Positions 24,937-39,870 of a stretch of DNA of 64,000 nucleotides are shown here, piece by piece (positions within the stretch are counted from its first letter, which is position 1; each line of letters begins with the position of its first letter). The notes under the pieces were generated by a model. That model made no database searches. It worked only from the letters and a program-made list of their open reading frames with translations, and was not told the DNA's origin. Both the position numbers and the translations under genes were made by a program. Origin of the DNA: Salpingoeca rosetta (lineage: Eukaryota; Protista; Choanoflagellata); the NCBI GenBank assembly GCA_033442325.1, contig JAWQFM010000009.1, positions 1,467,672 through 1,531,671 on the forward strand, given 5' to 3'.

Positions 24937-27400
24937 GTGTTGTGTGTGTGTGTGTGTGTTGTTGGGGGGGGGGGTTGTTGTTGCGTGTGACGAGATATGA
25001 GTACGATGCTCACTTGGATGAATGTCATGCAGTGGCTGTGACCAGGTCATGCTGAGGTGCTGGGTCCGGCGCGTGCGCGTTTACACGCACCCATCAGCAC
25101 ACACACACACACGTGAACGTGAACGTGAAGGACAGCAACAAAGTACGCACATGCACATGTACACATATGCAAACACACACGCACACACACACACATACAT
25201 ACACGCACACGTGCATCCAACCACACACACACACATCCACACACACACAGCCCTTGACTCACCGGGAACTCTGCAGAGATGACGCTGGAGGAGTTGATGG
25301 TGGTGTCAAAGGAGTCTGAGGCAGTTACAACGGGGTACACGAACGTGATGGCGGCCTCGTGCCAGACTTCGTTGCCTGCATGCACCTCTCGAAGACCAAA
25401 GTCAACCCGCAGGTCCTGTCACAATATTGACGCAGAAACGCACTGGGTTGAGAGTCGGTTCTGATTGCGCAGTTACAGGGTGTCTAGAGCGTATGCAAGA
25501 AGCCTCATATAGCAACTGTAACAATCGCCAGAACGACCTTCAGATCAACCACACGTACTGGCTTTGTCGTGTCTTGGACGATAATAGTCCTGTTTGTTGC
25601 CTGTACAGGGTTGCCAGCTTCGTCTGCTGCGTTCAGCCAGTATGAGAGTTGGTACGATCCCAGACTTGAGACGTTGATGTCGTTCATGCTGTACTGCAGC
25701 TGATCCAGGTCAACAGATAGCTCTCCGTCCACGTTGTCGACAAGGCAAACGCCTTTGGTCAAGTTGTGGCGTGTCGGTGACTGACCAGCTTCGAGCCTCA
25801 GCGTTGGTGGATCAAAGCTAATTTCTGGGCCTAGGGTGTCTTCAACCATAACGGTGATGGTGCGTGTGGCTGTGTTGCTTGCGGCATCGACTGCCATGTA
25901 CGTCAGCGTCCGCGTAGCATGCAGGATATCTGCAAGTGGGGCGAAGCAGCACACCGCAATCAAGCAGGGTGAGCACAGATATGCAAGTAAGCCAACTGTG
26001 GTAATGAGAACTGTGCGCGCGCAAAGCCTTGGGAGCTAACTCGGTATTACACGCATGTACCACAACGCTACGACGTGCACAACAGACGTCGTCACACATA
26101 GTGCCCCCAACCCATTTGCTCGTTCTTTGGCGTACCTGTCGATATGTTGGTAATGTTCGCAGGGGGAATGAGTACAACCGCACCAGCGGCAGTGTCGACG
26201 GCGCTTGCGAGAGGTGGCGAAAACGGAAGCCCAAAACCTGCGGTGTAAGTGTCGCTGCTCTTCAAGAGCACGTTCGTGCCCGGGTATCGGAGCTCAATGG
26301 TGGGTGGCTGGATGTCTACACGCAATTGGCACAATGCGAACGGGTTGAAGGGTGAACGTTGCGCCACGAGACAGCATAGTGGGTGTTGTGTGTATGTACA
26401 ATCCGTGAGGATTGTGTGTATGTGTGTGTGTGCCTGTGTGTGTGTGTGTGTGTGCCTGTGCCTGTGCATGCGTGTGGGTGGGGGGGGGGTTATTGTTGTT
26501 GTTTTATGCTCTCCTCTTGGTAAGTTCACAGGGCACACCACTCCTTCTTCTGACCTTCGCATTTGCCGTTGGCAACCTTGGTGCAGAGAATTGTCTCATC
26601 ATAGCCGGTGGGACAAACGACACAGCTCTTGCAGCTGGCACTGGAGTGTGAGGAAGCGTCTTGATACTTGCCTGCAGGCAAGCACACCGAGAAGCAGAGA
26701 AGTGAGGGTGAATGAGCGGACAGTTGTGGGAGGAGTGCAGCATGACTAGCATGTGTGATTGAACAGAATGCACGCCACATCTTTCACCACAACCGGAGAC
26801 AATCAAGTCTTCAACTACTACCAGCACCTGTGCCTTTTCACAGCTTCCACAGAAGCATCCATGTGCAGAAATACATGTTCAAGAGCACACGCCCGCATGC
26901 CTGTCTGCTTGTGGCTTTCACCCAGCACGCGCCTGCGTGCGCGAACACACCTTGCTGGCATGGAAGGCAAGAAACGCTGCCTGCTCTCTGTCCCCGCCCG
27001 CACACAATTGGATGCGCTTCAACTGCTTGAGCACGCAGCGGAGGGACAATCAATGCACATGGATGAAGGGACATGAACATCGAGGGAATCGAAGCGGGAA
27101 GGAAGACGGCCATGAGTTGCCGTGCATGTTCGAGTCTGAGCTACGGCGGAGGTGATACCGGGGACGAGAGCAACCAAATCACGTGATAACACTCTGTTGG
27201 ACGTTCATCGCACAAGCGCACAGTCGCATGGTTGCTTTTCTCTTCTTCATCGCTGCTGTTTTACACCCACCCCACCCCATCTTGATCAACTTCAAGCTGT
27301 GGCTTACCAACTGGGCGCTGCATGAGTACCAAAGCAGTCACCACTGCGAAGACGGAGGTCGCCCTCCATCTCACTCCACGTTGTTCCTCACAACTCGTCA
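22178..27400 (-). CDS. Type I membrane receptor, paralog B: signal peptide, short Cys-rich region, ~8 HYR/DUF5011 Ig-like repeats, TM helix, Tyr-motif cytoplasmic tail without a kinase
   Basis: Exons: RWRATSVFAVVTALVLMQRPV|VEAHPIVCGRGQRAGSVSCLPCQQG (~27400-26950); GKYQDASSH..CVVCPTGY..C (~26670-26555); DIQPP, DTLGP, DTTKP, DTMAP, DTQPP, DTTPP, DGSAP, DTTPP repeats; TM GVIIGAAVGGFLLV|VGLVASALILV followed by RTKK (23200-22917); tail exons ~22717-22618 (FVNPAYEGF) and ~22347-22178. An N-gap interrupts it at 23515-23614. Start codon is uncertain. Confidence 0.78.
23248..25419. repeat. Near-identical direct duplication of 29456-31675 (HYR stalk exons plus one intron)
   Basis: By-eye comparison finds about 4 substitutions across the ~1.25 kb 23640-24888 vs 29913-31166 segment; the intervening intron is also conserved apart from microsatellite length changes. 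Confidence 0.95.
23515..23614. other. Assembly gap (100 N) inside a coding exon of receptor paralog B
   Basis: N run; the homologous interval in paralog A is 29723-29888 (166 bp). Confidence 1.
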
Positions 27401-27788
27401 TCATCAGCATCGCACGCAGACGCCACAAAGACGCACATCCACACGTCTGAGCGTGGAATTGTGTGCACGCGTTGTGAAAATGTGACTCCTCAGGCGCACA
27501 ACAACTGTCCTGCCAAAATTCCCATACAAACACAACAAAGAGGAGCCATGTGGTTTTCTTTTGCGGGTGACAACAACAAAAAAAAAAAAAAAAGAAGAAA
27601 AAAAAAAAAAAGAGAACACAGCATGATGCCAAGAAGCAAGCGTGCACGTCAGCATGAACACTGACTCGCCAAAGACACCTCGACCTCGATCTCCCTCTCC
27701 GCTGCTGACAATGGACAAAGAGAGACTTGAGCCAAAATGTGTAATGGGAATGTAACAAGTATCCCTTGCCAGGAGGGTGTGGTCCTCG

Positions 27789-30700
27789 CTAAGCCACGGC
27801 ATCCTCGGCGGATTCATAAACATTGTCTTCCACGACTCCCCCCTCTGTCACCACGTCGTACTCTGGCTGCATGTTCAAAATTCCCGTGTCCACATAGCCA
27901 CTCGTGAACGTCGTGTCATAGTCGGCCTCGTCCCACGTATGCGCCGGTTGCGCTTGCAGCACTGTCCATTCATCGCACATTGTGTGGGTGTTGCCGTTGT
28001 TTGTGAGTAACTGTTACGGATCAAACACCAATGAGGCAGTGCAACCATGACATGAAATGACCACTACGACGCAGTAGGCCATGTAGCATGGGTGCATGCA
28101 CAGAGCGGCCCAGCAAGCAGACATGAGCAAGGCCCAAACAAATACCTTTGAGGGGTGCGCCGTGCTCCGATGTTCCTGACACGAGGCGACAGCATCGAAA
28201 AGACAAGTGACAGGGCACCGTGAATGACAACGACAAGATGAACGAGAACTCGAGGCTTTGGAGAGCGAGAATGTTTCACATCACATCGCATCACAACGCG
28301 GCATGACGGAGGCTCACACTCGCAGCCACAGTGTACGCAATTACCCCCCCCCACCTCTTTCTTTCTCCCTCTCACTGAACAAGCAGACCTGTTGTGACAG
28401 CAGTCGCACTCACCGGCAATCTTGCCCGTGTCAAAGTCGTCGGTTCCACAGAATGCAGGGTTGATCGTCTCCAGCCCGTTGTGCGGCACAGACTGGTAAG
28501 GGTTCTGGGCCGCCTCCTACAGCCCCAGCAGCAGAGCAACAAAGCGACACAAGGTGTAAGCCACAAGCTGTGCGAGTACACACAAGCAAGGAACAAACGC
28601 CGAAACCACACAAGAGCACAAGAGATGTGCTTCTTGATGACGTGGTGGCAATCAAACACACAGACATACAAGGCATTCACCATCAGGCATACCAGTGTTG
28701 TTTTCGCCAGCTGCTGACGCTTTGACCGACGCCGAAGCAACGAGACGACAACCACAACCATAGCCTGATGCAAGCACCAAGGTCAGCAAGCAGAGAGACA
28801 GAGAGAGAGAGAGAGCGCAAATCAGTTGTGCAACAAAGGTGTTCACTGCCGTCGTTCCTAATCACCCACCCGAAGAGTGCCCAATCATCAACGTAGCAAC
28901 GACGGTACAGTAATTCAATTCATTGCACAACAAGCGTGCCGTGTCACTCACCACAAACACGACGCCGCCAGCTGCTGCTGCAATGATCACAGTCAGCGAC
29001 ACGCTGGCGTTGCTACCGCCGCTCGAGGTCGATGTGCCCAAATCCGGATCATACGCGGAAGCACTCAGCACCGCGCTTGTCCCCAGCACAACGACTCCAT
29101 CCAAGAGCGTCAGCACCTCGGTAGTGCTCATCCACGCCAGTGTCCCTGGGTCCCGCACCCCAAACTCGACCACAGTCATCTCCGTTGCTGTTGTCATTGG
29201 TACTGCAGCTGGCGTGGATGGCGCCTCCCTTCGCTTGCGCACACTGCTACCACTGCTGACACTGTCGTTGTTGCCGCTGCCGTCGCTTGGACGCCCATCT
29301 GCGCTGTCGTAAACGAGAAACACGACCACAAACTCCACTCCCAATGCTTCCTCTAGATCGGCCTCTAGCTGCGGCACATCGCCACCAAAGATGACCTCCG
29401 CCGTGCCTGCAAGCACCAGCTCCACAACAGCATCCTCATCATCATCGGGTCGGGTCAACGCATCAACCACTACCGTGCGCACGGCGACACCCGTGTTGCC
29501 GTTCACATCGCTCACCGCGTACTCAATCTCGTACGCCCCCGCCACGTGCACGTCAATCGCATCGGCCCCGCGCACCACCACACGCGACGTCACATTGCCG
29601 TCGTGCACATCCTGTGCGCTGTACCCAGCCTCCACATATCGTGTCGCATACGGCACGTGCACCTCCTCCGCGCCATACAGCGTCACCTCGGGCGGCGTCG
29701 TGTCCACCACCACCACCGCCCGACGCACAACAGCAGCCGCGTGGCCCGCCCGGTCCTGCACGCTGTACTGCATCACATACACCGTGCCCACCTCTGCCCA
29801 CGCCACTGCACCCCCAAGCCCCACAACACCCTCACCACCCTCACCACCCCCACCACCCCCACCACCATCACCATCATCATCCTGCTGCTCCTCCTGCTTC
29901 TCCTGCTGCTGCACTACATGGGTGACAGCATACGCGGCAACATCAGCCACGCTCCCCACTGCAAGCACACCCGTCGCATTCGCCGTCACCACACTCACGT
30001 TCACGCACACATTCCCACTCACATCCCCATCGTGCGCATCGTGCGCCGTCACCCCAGGATCAGCAAACGCACCGCTACCATCTTCACCTGCACCTTCCTC
30101 ACCATCACCACCACCACTGCTGCTGCCACCGCCAAACTCAAGCTGCACAAGCTGCTCACCAACAAGCTGCATTGTCGGCGCACTCCCATCCACAACGCGC
30201 ACCACCCGCTCCACGTGCGCCACGTTGTCGGACGCATCCGTCACCGTGTAGTTGATGCGGTACACGGTGCCGCTCGGTGCACTGGCTTCAACCGCGTCCA
30301 GCGCAGGCGAAGGCCACACCCGTGGTGCCACGCTCGGCACAAAGTCACGCGCAGACGAGTACACGCAGCTGCTCGCGGCTGCAGCAGTGCCCACCGTCTG
30401 CGCCACCACTCTCACCTCCACACGCGGCCGCACATCACCATCTGCATTGTCGTACGCACTCGCAATGCCCGGCTCTACCCAGCCCACACCGTCGCCAACA
30501 ACCGTGTCCAGCGCGCCATTGAGGCGGACGTCTGGCGGCGTCGTGTCAATCACCGTGATCTCCCGCGTGATGCTGGCCGTGTGGTTTGACGTGTCGCTCA
30601 CGGTGTATGTGATGTTGAATGTGGCGGGGACGCTTGCTGGCTGCGCCGCATACCCGCCGTCATCAATGCTCAGGCGCAGCTGTGACGGTGCGTTGTACGC

Positions 30701-33464
30701 GTCAGACACGTGCGCGCCCGGGTCGATGTCAGCGAGCTCGCTGCCGGCCTCAACCTGCAGCTGGGACGGTCCAACCAGCTCAATCGTGGGTGGCTGCGTG
30801 TCCACCACTGTCACCGCACGTGATGCGTTGTTGCAGTTGCCCGCCTTATCGCATGCCGTGTACTCCACCGTGAACACAGCCGGTACCGACGCCGGGTACA
30901 CGTCGACGGTGTTGAGGGTGGTGATGTCGATGGTCCGCTCAAGCGCATCCTCAAGCAGGTCTGATGCCGTTGCTCCAGCGTCCACGTATTCCGTCCCAGC
31001 CTCGTGCGTCACAGATGGGTCGCCAGTGATGGTGACAGTGGGCGCCATCGTGTCCACGACCCGCACCACATATGTCACGGTGGCCAGATTATCTGACGCG
31101 TCGGAGACTGCATACGTAAACGCAAACGTGGTGTCGTCCTCCACGAATGGCCTGAACCGCTGCATGTGCGTTGTGTGTGTGTGTGTGTGTGTTTGTGTTG
31201 TGTGTGGGGGGTTGTGTTTGTGTGTGTTGTTGGGGGGGGGGGGGTTGTTGTTGCGCGTGACGAGATATGAGTACGATGCTCACTTGGATGAATGTCATGC
31301 AGTGGCTGTGACCAAGTCATGCTGAGGTGCTGGGTCCGGCGCGTGCGCGTTTACACGCACCCATCAGCACACACACACACGTGAACCTGAACCTGGGCCT
31401 GAACGACTGCAGCAAAGTACGCACATGCAAACACACACGCACACACACATACATACATACATACACACACATACACAGATACATCCAACCACACACACAC
31501 GCACAGCCCTTGACTCACCGGGAACTCTGCAGAGATGACGCTGGAGGAGTTGATGGTGGTGTCAAAGGAGTCTGAGGCAGTTACAACGGGGTACACGAAC
31601 GTGATGGCGGCCTCGTGCCAGACTTCGTTGCCTGCATGCACCTCTCGAAGACCAAAGTCAACCCGCAGGTCCTGTTATGGCAAGAGAGTAATGCTTAAGT
31701 GAGTCACGCTCGCAGAAAGCGTCGACATGGACACCCATCCACACACCCACACACACCCAAACACACCCAAACACACCCACCCACACACACGCACCCACAC
31801 ACGCATTGCCTCCATAGTTCGCTTACAGGTTTGGTGGTGTCGGCGACAATGACATTGCGGACGGACTGTGCTGAAGAGTCCTCTGCCCACAACAGCTCGT
31901 ACAGCACAGTGTAGTTTCCAAGTTGCTGCACACTCACGCTGGCGGGGTCGTACACGAGTCGAGAACTGTTGAGCACGGCATCGGTGGCAAGAACGGTGAC
32001 GCCACGCGTGTAGTCCTCAGCCGTTGGTGTCAGGCCAGCCTCCAGGTGCAGCGTTGCTGGTGAGAAGACGAGTTGTGGTGCATTATCGTCGATGACGTTG
32101 ACGGTGATGGAGATGCTGGCTTGATTGCCAGCCTCGTCCATGGCCGTGTACGCGAGCGCCTGGGTTGAGCCAACGAAGGCTATGTTGAGCGAGAGTGGGT
32201 AAGTGCGTGCGTGAACGTGTGAGAGACTCGGAGGCAGAGGGTGCGTGTGTGTGTCTATTCAAAGAGCAATTGCTGAATTGAAATGGAACGCGAAAGGTAA
32301 GTGTGGGCAAGCAACGCGTGCTTGGGGTCGGTGACGTGAAAGCGGCACGAACAAAGTGGAGACCAAGAGGCGGAGCACCCACCACAAAGAAGAGCAAACT
32401 CGACGTACCAGTGGACACAGAGTCGTACGATGGCTCAACAATTGTGGCGTTGCTGTATGTGTCTGTCGCGGTGACGACTGGGGGCTGAAATTTCATGTGC
32501 TGCACAACCGTGTACACATATGCCGGCCCCTCGATAACGCTGCCAGAATCTGGGCGACGGGCAGTTATCACAGGTGGTGTCGTATCTATCACAAGGAATG
32601 CAAAGCAAAGGCGAGTGAGTTATTGTGTGTGTGTGTGTGTGAATGTGTGTGAATGTGTGTGCGAGTGACGAGCGTGTATGCGTGTGTACGTGTGCGCGAC
32701 AACATTACAGGTGTGCGCGCACATATGAAGAAGACACGCTTCGGTGATGAACATAATAAGATGCAGGTTGATGGGCTCCAAAAACAAACCTTTGCAGACT
32801 GTGTCGGTGGTGGGGGAGCACGCGGGTGAAGGCGAGAGACCCGTCGGGCACGATGAGCACGTCTTGCACTTGCTCAGGCCTGTTTCGTTCGCGTATTTGC
32901 CAGTGGCGCAAGTGCGGCACTCAATCGTACGGGGTTGACTCGCGTAGGTGCCAATTGGACACAGATTGCAGCCCCTCTGGCCAGCAGCATCCTGGAACTT
33001 GCCCGTGGGGCACACTGTGCAGGTGTCTTGGTTTCTGTCGTTCGAAAACGACCCAGCAGCACAGCTCATGCACACTCTGTCGGTTGTTATCGTGGGCAGT
33101 GAAGACACAAACTTGCCCTCGGGACATGGCTGCCACGGACGACAAGTCGGCGACTGATGGCTCGTGCTGTCTTGAAACATGCCTAGCACGTCGAAAGGAC
33201 CGGCAAAGAAACATATTATGCGTTTGTGCATGAGTGAGTGAGTGTGCGTGAGTGTGTGAGTGTGAGTGTGTAAGGCGATGTGGCGTGAGGAACCCAAAGC
33301 GCGCCAGTGGCAATATCCCGGAACAAGGGAGCAGGTACAACACATGCTTTAGCCCTCAGCGCAATGCCAACGTACCGTCGCTGCAGTCTGTGCAGCTCGC
33401 ATCACTGACGGTCAAGCCCACAATCCACCTTTCACCTGCGCCGCAGCTGCTCCAACTCTTGCAC

Positions 33465-33501
<37 letters not shown>

Positions 33502-33801
33502 AGACGAAGTCGTAAATAAAACCATGTGAGCGCCAGTTCCTCGATTGACGACCAGGCCCGCAAGTCATGAGTGTCCCAATGCCATCACTCGTGTTCCATC
33601 ACTACCTGATTGACCAAAGTTGTTTTGGTACTTGCCAAACGGGCACGTTTCACATGTTGAATCTGTGTGCTCAAGCTTATTTTGGTATGTCCCTGCATAT
33701 GCAGATGTGTGCGTGTGTGTGTGTGTGGTTGCGATGGTGCGATGAGTGAGTTCTAGGCTGCGGAGCTGGAAGTCAACAACGTGCACAGTGCTCACGTGCA
33801 G

Positions 33802-33873
<72 letters not shown>

Positions 33874-34127
33874 CGTGTTCAAAGCTGCAAAAGGGCATCC
33901 CACGGTGGCTCACCAGGCAAGCAAGGCAGACACGTTGTGTCGAGCGTGTTCGTTCCTTGTCTGTAGAAGGTACCCGCATCACACTTGCTCCACGGCTTGC
34001 ACGCTGCGTACATCACACGAGAGGAATTGAATGACGGTGCAGTGTTTCGGATTGACTTCGCGGCTCAACCACTCTACCACTCAGCCACTCAAGTACCCTG
34101 CTTCACTGTCGTCGAGATTCAGTACAG

Positions 34128-34165
<38 letters not shown>

Positions 34166-34663
34166 ACTTGCTTGGCCTGGTCTGTCTTGGTACTTTCCAG
34201 ACTGGCAGGTGTCGCACGACTCGTCCAAGTGGTTGTTCTTAGGCTGCACTCTGCCTAACCGAGCGACGGTTGTGATCAATGTGATGTGAGTGAATTCGTC
34301 AGCAAGACACAGAAAAGTGAGCGTGTGTATGAGTGTTTGTGTGTGCATGTGAGTGCGCGAAAGTGTAAAGGCGATTTCATGGTAAGAAGAACCAAGGATG
34401 AGAAGAAGTGAGGAAGCGTCTCAGCCCACCCGGAGCGATCACATCACCACCACCACCACCACCCATTACGAGGTCATGGGTACCCGCTTCCAGTTGGGCA
34501 CTCTTTCACACGCTCACACCGCACCTGGTGGGCATTGGCGGCAACTCATGAAATCGCAGTATTCCCCAACATCACACGAAGCCCAGCAGAACGCTCGTGC
34601 AGTCGGGAATAGTGTGGTGGTGGCCACCGCAACCACAAGGACAGCTGCCACCTGCCACATCAT
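27789..34663 (-). CDS. Type I membrane receptor, paralog A: signal peptide, multiple TNFR/ephrin-receptor-like Cys-rich repeats, ~8 HYR/DUF5011 Ig-like repeats, RKRR-containing juxtamembrane domain, TM helix, Tyr-rich tail
   Basis: MMWQVAAVLVVAVATTTLFPTARA signal (34663); Cys exons CDTCQSGKYQ, CKPWSKCDAG..DTTCLPCLPG, CETCPFGKYQ, CKSWSSCGAG, CRPWQPCPEG..CTVCPTGKFQD..; eight D-x-x-x-P repeat starts; large exon ~31159-28950; TM LTVIIAAAAGGVVFVV|AMVVVVVSLL then RRRSKR; tail exons NPYQSV..INPAF and HTWDEADYD..NVYES, stop at 27789. Confidence 0.85.
29456..31675. repeat. Second copy of the ~2.2 kb near-identical HYR stalk block
   Basis: Matches 23248-25419; identity stops at acag|GACCTGCGG (splice acceptor) on one side and after VVVDAL on the other. 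Confidence 0.95.
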
Positions 34664-35206
34664 TGCACCGTGTTCTTCTCTGTGGGTGCCCCTTGCACTC
34701 CTAGTTCTCTCTTTGGGTGCGCTTTTGTTTCCCACTCAACCACCGTCAAAGCTGAGGCTGTGTGCTGTGGCAAACGAACGAACGGCTGAGAATGAATGCT
34801 GATGACGACGATGGCACCTCCTTCGCCTGTCGAGCTTGCAAGAAGCACTGAAGCAGAACAGGCCGGAAGAGGTAGGCGGCGAGATCGCGGCGTGTTGTGT
34901 GTGTTTGTTGTGGGCGGTCCTCCGGTTCTCGAGCGGAAAATTGTTGAACCTTTCCCAAAGATTATCGCTCCTCGGAAGAGCAATAGGAGCAAGGCACAAC
35001 GTCAAGCAACAAAGAACGCAAACCACTGTTGCACACTGGACATGCTCTGCTGCTCTGTGCTTGAGCCTCAGCTTTCATCTCCAGCAAGCAAGCAAGGTGT
35101 CGTGTTGGCCATTCTCAAGTCTTTCTTTCTTTTATTATGAACACGTGCTGGGATGTGCAAGTATGTATTCGTACCAACCACAAGCACTTGCAAGTCACGT
35201 GGGCGC

Positions 35207-35258
35207 AGTCAACAGTTAACAGTCAACAGTCAAAGAGTCAACAGTCAACAGTCAACAG

Positions 35259-35260
<2 letters not shown>
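35207..35260. repeat. Heptamer tandem array (CAGTCAA), ~8 units
   Basis: Directly visible immediately 3' of the MPPED stop codon. Confidence 0.9.
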
Positions 35261-38195
<2,935 letters not shown>

Positions 38196-38659
38196 CTTTG
38201 GCGTGGTGTGTTTGGTGGACGAGGTTGAGATGTATGTTGTGTCAGCAAAACGGAATTGATGTGACACAACCCAACGTGGTGTTCTCTTGCCTTGTGTCCT
38301 GGTTTGCTTATTTGAAGCATGGACCGAGCGGGATAACAGGCAGGCAGGCGGGCGCGTCAGAAGAAGAGGCAGAAGAGCGCCCAAGGAGATTTGGGGGGGG
38401 GGGCCGGTCAAGGAAGAAGAAGAAGAAGAAGAAGAAGACAGTCATGACAAAGGAGGTTAGGGTCACACACACACACTAATCTCTCTCTCTCTCACGCATC
38501 CCATGCGCGCACACACATCACACACACACATCACATCTCTCACACATCACACACACACATCACACACACACACACATCTCACACACATCACATCTCTCAC
38601 ACATCTCTCACACATCACACACACGCACGCACACTTCTCACATTCATCACACACACACA

Positions 38660-39811
38660 TCAGGAAGTGGCATGTGGGCTGGATACGAGGATGGCGGGAT
38701 TGCTGTCGCCATCATCGCCTGCACACGCGTCAACCGCACCAGACCCGTTGGCCAGCGGCGAGCCTTTGCCCTTGCCCCCGTTCCCATCATTGTCATGGTG
38801 GTGGTGATGACGATGGTGATGAAGGCGGTGCGGAAGCGTGTGGAAACGCTGCTGCTGCTGCTGCTGCTGTCCTGCGCCTCCATCGCCATGACCGTCATCA
38901 TCAGCGTCATCATCCCCACCGCGCGCGCTGCTGGTGCTGTTGCTGCTGCGCGTGCGACCGCTGGGCGTGCTCGCGGTGCGCCTGGGATTTGCGCCCTTCT
39001 TCTGCGTCGGTGGCGACGCTGCCGCCGTGGCCGGGAGGGAGGACGACGACGATGTGAGGATGGTTGCAGCAAGGGCAGAGGTGGACGCGCGTGGCGATGT
39101 GACGAGGCGGAAGCCAACCGCCTTCTGCAGCCGCGTCCACCGCTCGGAGCGCTCCTTGGCCACCTGCCCAAGCAGCTCGTACAGCTCAAGCACAGAGTGC
39201 ATCTCCGTCTCGCACTGCGACGGCCGCTGTCATGATGGTGTGTGTGTGTGTGTGTGCGCGCGCGTGCGTGAGTGAATGAAGAGAGGGTGGAGCCAATGCA
39301 CACGTAGCCGTAGACACACACACACACACACACACACAACACACGCACACACACACACAACATACCACGCTGTTGGCGAGACGAAGGACGCCAAAGACAC
39401 TGCGGCGCTGTGCATCGAGCTTCTCTGCCTCCCGTCGCGCCTGCTGCTTGCGCTGTTGCGTCAACTCCTTGACCAGCGTCAACAGCTGCGTCTCTTGCTC
39501 GTACGACTGCTGGAGCAGATCTGCAGTGGTACGCACATGTGTGCGCGCGCACGTGTGTGTGAGAAGGGAGCGTGTTCAAGAGCGGATACAAGAACAATAT
39601 CATCAGTGGGGCGTGGCAAACGAAAGTTGGCCGCCATACAAAAAAAGCACATGCATACAAACACGCACGCATGCACATACATGCACACACTCATAAACGT
39701 GGCTTCTAACCCTTCAGTTTCGTCCTGAGAGTCTTCTGATGATCCCGGAGTCGCTTCATTTCGCTGCGAAGGCCATCAGCCTGCACACGCGCGCACACAC
39801 ACAAACACACA

Positions 39812-39870
<59 letters not shown>

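Noticed and set aside
23406-31325. Long plus-strand ORFs (23977-24990, 29391-30251, 29546-30589, 30252-31325)
   Set aside because: They are antisense shadows of GC-rich HYR exons and show no recognisable domains.
23248-31675. Duplicated block as a transposon or LTR pair
   Set aside because: It has no transposase or reverse transcriptase, terminal repeats or target-site duplication; it is in-frame coding sequence of two paralogs.
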